A stretch of 17,282 nucleotides of DNA from Calditrichia bacterium (GTDB lineage: Bacteria > Calditrichota > Calditrichia > RBG-13-44-9): NCBI GenBank assembly GCA_037381445.1, contig JARRQT010000074.1:1-17282 (forward strand). Reading direction: 5' to 3'. The notes under the pieces were generated by a model. The model was not told the DNA's origin. It was given only the letters and a program-made list of their open reading frames with translations, and searched no databases. The translations under genes were made by a program, and so were the position numbers. Shown here in pieces: positions 1 through 8,247 of this stretch. Within the stretch, counting starts at the first letter, position 1, and every line of letters starts with the position of its first letter.

Positions 1-255
1 TTTTGATACGATATGAATCTTAAATTTGCCGGAACCATCTCTGGTCCGTGGGTTTTAAAAAATCCCGAAAAAGGACTCGGACTTTATTACTTCCGGGAAA
101 ACCAGGAATCTTTTTATTAAAAGTAATAAAATATATGCAGGGCTTTGAATGGAATATAGCTGGAATTGTTAAAATTATGCAGAATGGGCGAATGGTATAT
201 TGTTTGCGATGATATTAAAAAAGAGTACTATTTGTGACAAAAATATTTTTTTGTC

Positions 256-284
256 TTGAAAAAACTCAGGCCTTTGAATAACTT
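256..284 (+). promoter_or_regulatory. Candidate distal sigma70 promoter for nifJ
   Basis: TTGAAA (256-261), 17-bp spacer, TAACTT (279-284); abuts inverted repeat GACAAAAA-tatt-TTTTTGTC (236-255). AT-rich region, so a chance match is possible. Confidence 0.4.
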
Positions 285-321
285 TCTGTGATGCTTTTAG
301 AGCGGAAGATATCAATGGGAA

Positions 322-350
322 TTGAAAAAATAACAGCAAAAATCTATAAT
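322..350 (+). promoter_or_regulatory. Near-consensus sigma70 promoter for nifJ
   Basis: TTGAAA (322-327), 17-bp spacer, TATAAT (345-350), about 90 bp upstream of the ATG at 442. Confidence 0.65.
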
Positions 351-441
351 TCTCACACTTCCCGGAAACGGTATTTAGATAAAATAATTATCCCATATAT
401 AAACTTTTAAAATGAAAAATATAAATCTAGAGGAGAGGAAC

Positions 442-3400
442 ATGCAGCGAGAAAAGGTAACAATAGACGGAAATGAAGCTGCCGCCTATGTTGCTCATAA
501 AGTGAATGAGGTGATAGCGATTTATCCGATCACCCCTTCATCTCCAATGGGTGAATGGGCAGATGCATGGTCAGCAGTGGGCGAAAAGAATATCTGGGGT
601 ACGGTTCCCAGCGTGGTTGAAATGCAGAGCGAAGGCGGCGCATCCGGCGCGGTGCATGGCGCCTTGCAGAGTGGTGCATTGACCACTACCTTTACTGCTT
701 CGCAGGGATTGCTTCTGATGATTCCCAATATGTACAAAATCGCAGGTGAATTAACTTCCACGGTTTTCCATGTGTCAGCGAGAACCGTCGCCAGCCACGC
801 ACTATCAATTTTCGGAGATCACAGCGATGTGATGGCAACCCGCCAAACCGGATTTGCCCTGCTGGCTTCCAATTCAATTCAGGAAATTATGGACTTTGCA
901 TTGATCAGCACAGCTGCTACCCTGGAAGCCAGGGTGCCCTTTGTGCATTTCTTCGATGGCTTCCGGTCGTCGCACGAGGTGCAGAAGATTGAACAGTTGG
1001 ATCGCGAAGACCTGAAAGCCATGATCCATGATGATCTGGTTATTGCCCATCGCAAAAGGGCTCTGTCACCGGACAATCCTTTTATTCGCGGAACCGCTCA
1101 GAATCCCGATGTCTTTTTCCAGGCGCGCGAAACAGTTAATCCTTTCTATGCCGCCTGTCCGGAAATCGTGCAGAAGCATATGGACAAATTTGCCAAGCTA
1201 ACCGGCCGTCACTATCATCTGTTCGATTATGTGGGCCATCCCGAAGCGGAACGCGTGATTGTTCTGATGGGTTCCGGCGCCGAAGCGGCACACGAAACAG
1301 CCGAATATCTGTCTGCCAAAGGCGAAAAAGTGGGCGTGCTGAAGGTCCGTCTCTACCGTCCGTTCTCTATCAAGGCATTTGTCAACTCGCTTCCTGCCAC
1401 TGTGAAAACCATTGCGGTGCTCGATCGCACCAAAGAACCGGGAAGCGCAGGTGAACCGATGTATGAAGATGTTGTGACCGCACTGAATGAAGTAAATGCC
1501 GAAGGTGAATTGCCATTCGGGAAAATGCCTCGCGTCATTGGCGGTCGCTACGGCCTGTCTTCCAAGGAATTTACGCCGGCAATGGTCAAAGGTTTGTTCG
1601 ATGAAATGAAAAAGGACAAACCCAAGAATCATTTCACCGTGGGTATCAATGATGACGTCACAAACAGCAGTATCGAATATGATGCCGCTTTTTCAACCGA
1701 GGGCGACGATGTGTTCCGCGGTATGTTCTACGGCCTGGGATCGGACGGGACGGTGGGTGCGAACAAAAACTCCATCAAAATTATTGGCGAAGGTACCGAT
1801 TTTTATGCGCAGGGATATTTTGTCTACGATTCCAAGAAAGCCGGCGCCGTGACAACCTCGCACCTTCGTTTCGGCAAAAAGCCGATACATTCTACCTATC
1901 TGATCAACAAGGCAAAATTTATTGCCTGTCATCAGTTTGTATTCCTTGAGAAATACGATATGCTGCGTTTTGCAGCCGAAGGCGCCACCTTCCTGCTGAA
2001 TGCGCCCTACGGACCGGAAGAAATCTGGGATAACATCCCGCGCCCGGTTCAGCAGCAGATCATCGATAAAAAACTGAAATTTTATGTGATCAACGCCTAT
2101 GACGTCGGCAAGGAAACCGGCATGGGCACCCGAATCAATACCATTATGCAAACCTGCTTCTTCGCCATCTCCGGCGTGCTGCCAAAGGATGAAGCGATTG
2201 GTGCCATCAAGGATGCCATTAAAAAGACCTATGGCAAAAAAGGCGAAGAAATTGTTAAGAAGAATTACGCAGCTGTCGATCAGACACTGGCCAACCTGCA
2301 CGAGGTGAAAGTACCCCAAACCGCTGACAGTAAAATTGAAATCCCGCCGGCTGTTCCGGACAAGGCACCCGATTTCGTTAAGAATGTCACCGGAAAAATC
2401 ATTGCCGGATTCGGTGATGATCTGCCTGTGAGCGCATTCTCCAATGATGGGACTTTCCCCTCCGCGACCACCCAATGGGAAAAACGAAATATCGCCCTGG
2501 AAATTCCGGTGTGGGATGAAGAGATTTGTATCCAGTGCGGTAAGTGCGCCATGGTTTGTCCCCATGCGGTAATTCGTATCAAAGCCTTTGATAAGAAATA
2601 TCTGGAAGGCGCACCGGCAACGTTCAAATCCACTCCCATACGCGGGAAAGAGTGGCCGGAAGGCACCATGTACTCTATTCAGGTAGCGCCCGAAGACTGC
2701 ACCGGCTGCGAGCTCTGCGTGGAAGTCTGTCCTGCCAAGAACAAACAGCAGGTTGGACTGAAAGCGCTGAACATGGCACCACAGATGCCGCTGCGCGAAC
2801 CGGAAAAAGAAAACTGGGAATTCTTCCTGGAAATTCCGGAATATGACCGCAAGGAACTGAAAGTTGACACCGTTAAAGGTTCGCAATTCCTGCAGCCGCT
2901 GTTTGAATTCTCCGGCGCCTGCGCCGGCTGCGGCGAGACGCCTTATGTAAAACTGGCATCCCAGCTGTTCGGCGACCGCATGATTGTTGCCAACGCCACA
3001 GGTTGTTCATCCATCTATGGCGGCAACCTGCCGACTACCCCGTGGGCCAAGAATAATGATGATCGCGGACCGGCCTGGTCGAATTCGCTGTTCGAAGACA
3101 ATGCCGAATTCGGTCTCGGTTTTCGCCTGACCATCGACAAGCATACCGAGCATGCCCGGGAACTGCTGCAGGAACTGGCTGCTGAAGTGGGTGATAATCT
3201 GGTGAAAGAAATCCTGTCCGCAGATCAGACGGATGAAGCCGGGATTTATGAACAACGCGAACGGATTGCTCTGCTGAAGGAGAAGCTGGAGAAACTCAAT
3301 TCCCAGAAAACCAAATTATTGCTCAGTCTGGCGGATTATCTGGTGAAGAAGAGCGTCTGGATCATCGGCGGTGACGGCTGGGCGTATGATATCGGTTACG

Positions 3401-4017
3401 GCGGTCTGGATCATGTGCTGGCTTCGGGCAGAAATGTAAATGTGCTGGTTCTTGACACGGAAGTGTATTCGAATACCGGCGGCCAGATGTCCAAAGCGAC
3501 GCCGCTGGGCGGCGTGGCAAAATTTGCCGCAGCCGGAAAACCGCTTCCCAAGAAAGATCTGGGAATGTTAGCCATGAGTTACGGTTACGTTTACGTGGCC
3601 AAAGTCGCCATGGGAGCCAGCGATACCCAATTGGTTAAAGCATTTATGGAGGCGGAAAAATACGACGGACCATCTCTGATCATTGCCTACAGCCACTGTA
3701 TTGCCCACGGCATCAACATGAAATACGGACTGACTCAGCAAAAACTTGCTGTGGACTCCGGTTACTGGCCGCTGTTCCGTTTCAATCCGGATGCAACTAA
3801 AAACGGTGAGAATCCGTTACGTCTGGATTCGAAGGCACCGAAAATTCCTTTAAAGGATTATGTCTATAATGAAACCCGCTATAAAATGCTGGTGAAGAGC
3901 GATCCGGAGCGCGCTAAAATGCTGCTGGAAATGGCTCAGAATGAGGTGAATGAGCGCTGGACGTTGTATGAACGCATGGTAAATATGTATGCCAAACAGC
4001 CTCAGGAGGCCCAATAA
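442..4017 (+). CDS. nifJ: Pyruvate:ferredoxin (flavodoxin) oxidoreductase, single-chain homodimeric type
   Basis: DGNEAAA and YPITPSS N-terminal motifs, EMQSEGGA, TTFTASQGLLLM, GLGSDGTVGANKN domain III, two ferredoxin motifs (CIQCGKCAMVCP, CTGCELCVEVCP), ACAGCGE/GCSS cluster ligands, GGDGW TPP-binding motif. Start placed at ATG 442 because AGGAGAGG (431-438) precedes it. Confidence 0.97.
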   Translation: MQREKVTIDGNEAAAYVAHKVNEVIAIYPITPSSPMGEWADAWSAVGEKNIWGTVPSVVEMQSEGGASGAVHGALQSGALTTTFTASQGLLLMIPNMYKIAGELTSTVFHVSARTVASHALSIFGDHSDVMATRQTGFALLASNSIQEIMDFALISTAATLEARVPFVHFFDGFRSSHEVQKIEQLDREDLKAMIHDDLVIAHRKRALSPDNPFIRGTAQNPDVFFQARETVNPFYAACPEIVQKHMDKFAKLTGRHYHLFDYVGHPEAERVIVLMGSGAEAAHETAEYLSAKGEKVGVLKVRLYRPFSIKAFVNSLPATVKTIAVLDRTKEPGSAGEPMYEDVVTALNEVNAEGELPFGKMPRVIGGRYGLSSKEFTPAMVKGLFDEMKKDKPKNHFTVGINDDVTNSSIEYDAAFSTEGDDVFRGMFYGLGSDGTVGANKNSIKIIGEGTDFYAQGYFVYDSKKAGAVTTSHLRFGKKPIHSTYLINKAKFIACHQFVFLEKYDMLRFAAEGATFLLNAPYGPEEIWDNIPRPVQQQIIDKKLKFYVINAYDVGKETGMGTRINTIMQTCFFAISGVLPKDEAIGAIKDAIKKTYGKKGEEIVKKNYAAVDQTLANLHEVKVPQTADSKIEIPPAVPDKAPDFVKNVTGKIIAGFGDDLPVSAFSNDGTFPSATTQWEKRNIALEIPVWDEEICIQCGKCAMVCPHAVIRIKAFDKKYLEGAPATFKSTPIRGKEWPEGTMYSIQVAPEDCTGCELCVEVCPAKNKQQVGLKALNMAPQMPLREPEKENWEFFLEIPEYDRKELKVDTVKGSQFLQPLFEFSGACAGCGETPYVKLASQLFGDRMIVANATGCSSIYGGNLPTTPWAKNNDDRGPAWSNSLFEDNAEFGLGFRLTIDKHTEHARELLQELAAEVGDNLVKEILSADQTDEAGIYEQRERIALLKEKLEKLNSQKTKLLLSLADYLVKKSVWIIGGDGWAYDIGYGGLDHVLASGRNVNVLVLDTEVYSNTGGQMSKATPLGGVAKFAAAGKPLPKKDLGMLAMSYGYVYVAKVAMGASDTQLVKAFMEAEKYDGPSLIIAYSHCIAHGINMKYGLTQQKLAVDSGYWPLFRFNPDATKNGENPLRLDSKAPKIPLKDYVYNETRYKMLVKSDPERAKMLLEMAQNEVNERWTLYERMVNMYAKQPQEAQ

Positions 4018-4030
4018 ATATAGAAGATAG

Positions 4031-4065
4031 CGGGGAGATGCGTTTGTGTCTCCCCGGTTGATTTT
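4031..4065 (+). terminator. GC-rich hairpin after nifJ (weak terminator or mRNA-stabilising stem)
   Basis: CGGGGAGA (4031-4038) pairs with TCTCCCCG (4049-4056), extendable by G-U pairs; followed only by an interrupted U-tract (GTTGATTTT). Confidence 0.45.
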
Positions 4066-4128
4066 CTGAAATGCATTTGCAACTTGAAAAATTGATTTTA
4101 ACATCAAGCATATAACAAGGGGAAAATT

Positions 4129-5121
4129 ATGGATTTGACAACAACTTATCTGGGATTAAAATTAAAAAATCCGTTGGTCTTATCCGCTACTCCCATTTCC
4201 GGAGATGTTGATAAAGTTAAAAGGTTGGAAGATCTCGGTATAGCGGGCGTGGTGATGTATTCTCTGTTTGAGGAACAAATTAATCATGAAATTGATGAGA
4301 TTGACCATTTTCTGAGCTATAAAAATGAAAGTTTCGCCGAAGCGCTGACTTATTTCCCGGAGCCTGAGCAATACCGTAATCTGCATGCAGAGGAATATCT
4401 CCATCAGATTTCCCGCCTGAAAGAGTCGGTGGGAATCCCGGTCATCGGCAGTCTGAACGGCGTTTCGCCGGGCGGGTGGACCAAATACGCGAAAAAAATT
4501 GAAGAAGCCGGCGCCGATGCCCTGGAGCTGAACATCTATTATATTCCCACTAATCCTGATATGAGCGCCGATCAGGTTGAGAAGATCTATCTGGATAATC
4601 TGAAGTTGGTGAAAGAGTCGGTGAATATTCCCGTTGCCATGAAGCTGAGTCCTCATTTTTCAGCGTTTGCCAACATGGCAAAAAAACTGGATGGTGCCGG
4701 TGCCGATGGCCTGGTGTTGTTTAACCGGTTCTATCAGCCTGATATCGATTTGAAAACCCTGGAAGTGGTTCCCAATCTCCAATTCAGCACTTCCCATGAA
4801 ATGCGGTTGCCCCTGCGCTGGATTGCCATCCTGTATGGCCGCATTAAAGCAAATCTCGCCGCAACTACCGGAATTCACACCGCGGAAGATATGATCAAAA
4901 TGACCATGGTGGGTGCGGATGTTACCATGATTGCCTCCGTGCTGCTGCAGGAAGGCATCGCGAAAACGCGCGAAATTCTGGATGACCTGAAAAAGTGGAT
5001 GGAAGAAAATGAATATGAATCCATTCAGCAGATGAAAGGCAGCATGAGCTACAAAGCCGTTGGTGATCCCGCGGCCTACGAGCGCGCCAATTACCTGAAA
5101 ACCCTGCAGAGCATAGATTAA
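4129..5121 (+). CDS. Dihydroorotate dehydrogenase-like FMN protein (DHOD_like subfamily commonly adjacent to PFOR genes)
   Basis: [15 protein letters not shown] start, [49 protein letters not shown]-terminal YERANY. RBS-like AAGGGG at 4117-4122. Confidence 0.9.
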   Translation: MDLTTTYLGLKLKNPLVLSATPISGDVDKVKRLEDLGIAGVVMYSLFEEQINHEIDEIDHFLSYKNESFAEALTYFPEPEQYRNLHAEEYLHQISRLKESVGIPVIGSLNGVSPGGWTKYAKKIEEAGADALELNIYYIPTNPDMSADQVEKIYLDNLKLVKESVNIPVAMKLSPHFSAFANMAKKLDGAGADGLVLFNRFYQPDIDLKTLEVVPNLQFSTSHEMRLPLRWIAILYGRIKANLAATTGIHTAEDMIKMTMVGADVTMIASVLLQEGIAKTREILDDLKKWMEENEYESIQQMKGSMSYKAVGDPAAYERANYLKTLQSID

Positions 5122-5152
5122 GAAACTGTCGCAGCTCTAATTTTGAGTTGTT

Positions 5153-5182
5153 AAATCCCCGGCAAAAGCCGGGGATTTTTTT
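5153..5182 (+). terminator. Rho-independent terminator closing the nifJ/DHOD-like unit
   Basis: AAATCCCCGGC-AAAA-GCCGGGGATTT perfect stem followed by a T run. Confidence 0.9.
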
Positions 5183-5263
5183 AATCACGGATCCATATAG
5201 TTTCTGTTCCTTTCCCGTCCGGCTGTTTGCATGTCTGTTCCAAAATATTTGCACTTTATTGCA

Positions 5264-5298
5264 TTGTATTTTGCCTCAGGGGTTTTTAGCTTTAAATT
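5264..5298 (+). promoter_or_regulatory. Candidate sigma70 promoter(s) for the MFS gene
   Basis: TTGTAT (5264-5269)-17 bp-TAGCTT (5287-5292), overlapping TTGCCT (5271-5276)-16 bp-TAAATT (5293-5298); located just downstream of a strong terminator. Confidence 0.35.
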
Positions 5299-5305
5299 AA
5301 ATTCT

Positions 5306-6619
5306 ATGAAGAATGAAACCCGAACTATTTACAGTTGGGCCTTCTACGATTGGGCGAATTCTGCTTTTGCCACTACCATCATGGCGGGTTTCTTTCCCCT
5401 GTTCTTCAAAATCTACTGGGCAAATCCGGACCATCCGGCGGACAGCACCTTCTACCTGGGCATGGCGAATTCTCTGGCTTCTATTATTGTTGCGCTGCTG
5501 GCGCCTTTTCTGGGTTCGGTGGCGGACCGGGGCACAGCCCGTAAAAAGTCTCTGGTGACCTTCTCCTATTTCGGGATTATCATGACCGGCGGACTCTGGA
5601 TGGTCCAGCAGGGCCACTGGCAGCTGGCGGTTTTGTTGTATGTGACGGCCACTATCGGGTGGTCGGGCGCGAATATTTTTTATGATTCCCTGCTGACCAG
5701 CGTGGCATCAGAGGAGAAGGTGGACTTTGTATCCACATTGGGATATGCGCTGGGTTACATCGGCGGCGGCCTGCTTTTTCTTATGAATGTTCTGATGTAT
5801 CTGAAGCCCTCATTTTTTGGCATACCCAGCGCCACGGAAGCAATCAAACTCTCTTTTCTCAGTGTGGCCATATGGTGGGCAGTTTTTACGGTTCCGGTCC
5901 TGCTGTTCGTGAAAGAGCCCCAAATTCATCACCCCGTCCGGTTTTCCGTGGCGGTCCGCTCGGGATGGAAGCAGCTGCGGGGGACGCTCCAGGAGCTGCG
6001 CTATTTCAGAATTGTGGGAATCTTTCTGGTGGCCTACTGGCTGTACATTGATGGGGTGGATACCATTGTGCGAATGGCGGTGGATTACGGCAAATCCCTG
6101 AATTTCTCCAACACCACGCTCATCATGGCTTTATTGATGGTCCAGTTTGTCGCATTTCCGGCGGCGCTGCTCTACGGGAAAATCGCTTCAAAGATCGGAA
6201 CGAAAAAAGCGGTCATGTCCGGAATTTTCGGCTATATCCTCATCACCTTTCTGGGCTATTTCATGAAACATGAGTGGAATTTTTATTTTCTGGCCTTCAT
6301 GGTAGGTTTATTCCAGGGCGGCATTCAGGCGCTGAGCCGCAGCCTCTACACCCGCATCATTCCCCATGACAAATCGGCGGAGTTCTTCGGTTTTTACAAT
6401 ATGCTGGGGAAATTTGCCGCCGTCCTGGGCCCGGTGCTGATGGGCACCGTTACCCTCCTCACCGGAAACGCCCGGCTGGGGATCTTATCCATACTGGTGC
6501 TTTTTGTGGGCGGGGCAATTCTGCTCTGGCGGGTTGATATTCCGGAAGGGGAACGAATCGCGCGGGAATACCTTTCGGACATACAAGTTAGCAATAAAGG
6601 TATGCAGGCAGGGAATTAG
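5306..6619 (+). CDS. MFS transporter, UMF1/ATG22 (YxiO/BtlA-like) family
   Basis: Signature SWAFYDWANSAF, NIFYDSLL, VSTLGYALGYIGG, YIDGVDT, GGIQALSRS, AEFFGFY; about 12 hydrophobic segments. Start at ATG 5306 inferred because the family motif lies close to the N-terminus; the ORF track extends to 5231. Confidence 0.9.
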   Translation: MKNETRTIYSWAFYDWANSAFATTIMAGFFPLFFKIYWANPDHPADSTFYLGMANSLASIIVALLAPFLGSVADRGTARKKSLVTFSYFGIIMTGGLWMVQQGHWQLAVLLYVTATIGWSGANIFYDSLLTSVASEEKVDFVSTLGYALGYIGGGLLFLMNVLMYLKPSFFGIPSATEAIKLSFLSVAIWWAVFTVPVLLFVKEPQIHHPVRFSVAVRSGWKQLRGTLQELRYFRIVGIFLVAYWLYIDGVDTIVRMAVDYGKSLNFSNTTLIMALLMVQFVAFPAALLYGKIASKIGTKKAVMSGIFGYILITFLGYFMKHEWNFYFLAFMVGLFQGGIQALSRSLYTRIIPHDKSAEFFGFYNMLGKFAAVLGPVLMGTVTLLTGNARLGILSILVLFVGGAILLWRVDIPEGERIAREYLSDIQVSNKGMQAGN

Positions 6620-6620
6620 A

Positions 6621-6648
6621 TTCAGAAATTTGAAAATAGCAGTATAAT
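6621..6648 (+). promoter_or_regulatory. Candidate promoter for the peptidase-pdaD-GH57 run
   Basis: TTCAGA (6621-6626), 16-bp spacer, perfect TATAAT (6643-6648), about 30 bp before ATG 6678. Confidence 0.35.
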
Positions 6649-6677
6649 GCAGCAGGCATCGGTTTTAGAAAAGAAAT

Positions 6678-7667
6678 ATGAATTGGTATAAAGTCTTTTT
6701 GATATATATATTTGTCGGTTTGCTGAGTTCCGGCAACGCTTCCGCAGACAGCGGCAAAGTCGAGCTCAGGCATGAGAATTTTAAAGTGGTGTATGCACGG
6801 GAAGATGAATACCGCGCCTTAAATATTATTAAGGAGTTACAAAAGCACTCTCCGGTGTGTCAGAATTTTTTTGGAGCTGAATTGCAGGGCCTCATCACCA
6901 TCTATCTGCCATCGTCCAAAGCGGAGTTCACCTATCTTGCCGGTCAAAAATTGCCGGACTGGAGTGCGGCCGTATATGTATCGTCAATGAAAAGAATCGT
7001 GCTGAAGCGGCCGGAATGGACGCTGACAGATACGCCGCTGGAAAAAGATCTGGCCCATGAATTGTCGCATGTTTATCTCGATGAACGATTGGGCGCGCAG
7101 AAGGTGCCTCTCTGGTTTAACGAGGGAATCGCGGAGTATCTCTCCGGCCAGCGTATCAATATAGCCGAAGGCGTCACCCTCTCCAATGCACTGTTCACCA
7201 AAAGAATAACGCAGCTGGCCAGCATTGACAGCCTGCTTTCCTTCCCGGCAAGCCGTGCCCGCCTGGCCTATCTGCAGAGTCTCTCCGTTATCCTGTTTCT
7301 GAACAGCCGCTATTTGCAGAATCAGGCAAGCTGGAACCGGTTCATGGAGGCAATTTCCGCGGGCACGTTCGATGCCGCGCTGCAGAATTTGACCGGCATG
7401 GATAAAATTGATTTCGAAATAAAATGGTACCGCTGGCTTCAGGAAAAATACCGCTGGTTTGTCATTTTCAATCTGGAAAATCTTATCTGGGTGGCGATGG
7501 TAGTTGTTTTGATCGGCGCGCTCTATGCGATCCGCTACCGCAACCGGCGAAGGCTGGAGCAGTGGGAACAGGAAGAGCCTGCTTATGGTTCTTATGAAAG
7601 CCTGGAATTTTTGAATTTCAGCCAAAATGAAGATGAAATAGAAGATAAAGACGAAAGGGAAATGTGA
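6678..7667 (+). CDS. Secreted, C-terminally membrane-anchored peptidase MA (gluzincin)-like zinc metalloprotein
   Basis: Signal-peptide-like N-terminus ending in ASA, HELSH (HExxH) followed by WFNEGIAEY third-ligand motif, C-terminal TM helix ([17 protein letters not shown]), basic RYRNRRR and acidic tail. Confidence 0.8.
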   Translation: MNWYKVFLIYIFVGLLSSGNASADSGKVELRHENFKVVYAREDEYRALNIIKELQKHSPVCQNFFGAELQGLITIYLPSSKAEFTYLAGQKLPDWSAAVYVSSMKRIVLKRPEWTLTDTPLEKDLAHELSHVYLDERLGAQKVPLWFNEGIAEYLSGQRINIAEGVTLSNALFTKRITQLASIDSLLSFPASRARLAYLQSLSVILFLNSRYLQNQASWNRFMEAISAGTFDAALQNLTGMDKIDFEIKWYRWLQEKYRWFVIFNLENLIWVAMVVVLIGALYAIRYRNRRRLEQWEQEEPAYGSYESLEFLNFSQNEDEIEDKDEREM

Positions 7668-7668
7668 A

Positions 7669-8214
7669 ATGTATGTTCCAACCAGAATGTTTTTAACCAA
7701 AGGGGTCGGGCGGCATAAAGAAAAACTGGCCAGTTTCGAAATGGCGCTGCGCAATGCTCAAATTGCTCCCTTCAACATTGTGGAAGTCTCTTCCATTTTT
7801 CCGCCCAACTGCAAGATGGTCTCGGTCAACCAGGGATTAAAGGAATTGACGGCGGGTCAGATACTTCACGTTGTGCTGAGCAGGAACAGCACCAACGAGC
7901 CCAATCGCCTGATTGCCGCTTCGGTGGGGGTGGCGATACCGGCTGACAAAAATATGCACGGCTACCTTTCCGAGCATCACAGCTTTGGCGAAAAAGAAGC
8001 TGTGGCGGGTGACTATGCGGAGGATCTGGCCGCCGAGATGTTGGCCACAATTCTGGGAGTGGAATTTGATCCCAACTCCAGCTGGGACACCAAGAAGGAG
8101 TTGTGGAAAATCAGCGGGAAAAATTTCAGCACGCGCAATGTTACACAGACAGCCGTGGGAGATAAAAACGGACTCTGGACAACGGTAGTTGCCGCATCGG
8201 TACTGCTGCCGTAA
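7669..8214 (+). CDS. pdaD: Pyruvoyl-dependent arginine decarboxylase
   Basis: [36 protein letters not shown] (Ser-Ser self-cleavage site), [26 protein letters not shown]; 181 aa. Confidence 0.92.
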   Translation: MYVPTRMFLTKGVGRHKEKLASFEMALRNAQIAPFNIVEVSSIFPPNCKMVSVNQGLKELTAGQILHVVLSRNSTNEPNRLIAASVGVAIPADKNMHGYLSEHHSFGEKEAVAGDYAEDLAAEMLATILGVEFDPNSSWDTKKELWKISGKNFSTRNVTQTAVGDKNGLWTTVVAASVLLP

Positions 8215-8247
8215 ATGTGAATGCTTGTATTTTAATAGAGGAATTTG

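Noticed and set aside
13..120. 35-codon + strand ORF (MNLKFAGTISGPW...) and a short minus-strand ORF from 38 running off the window edge
   Set aside because: No recognisable motif or RBS; too short, and too close to the edge, to support.
378..392. GATAA-N5-TTATC palindrome in the nifJ leader as a Fur box
   Set aside because: Half-site spacing does not fit Fur (GATAAT-N-ATTATC), and such matches are expected in very AT-rich DNA.
412..441. Longer nifJ start given by the ORF track
   Set aside because: No RBS at 412; the extension contains the AGGAGAGG RBS for ATG 442, and family similarity begins after 442.
1693..2886. 397-aa antisense ORF inside nifJ
   Set aside because: Shadow ORF of a codon-biased gene, with no domain features; fully overlaps a confident CDS.
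5231..5305. 25-aa N-terminal extension of the MFS ORF
   Set aside because: It spans the likely promoter region, and the family signature starts shortly after ATG 5306.
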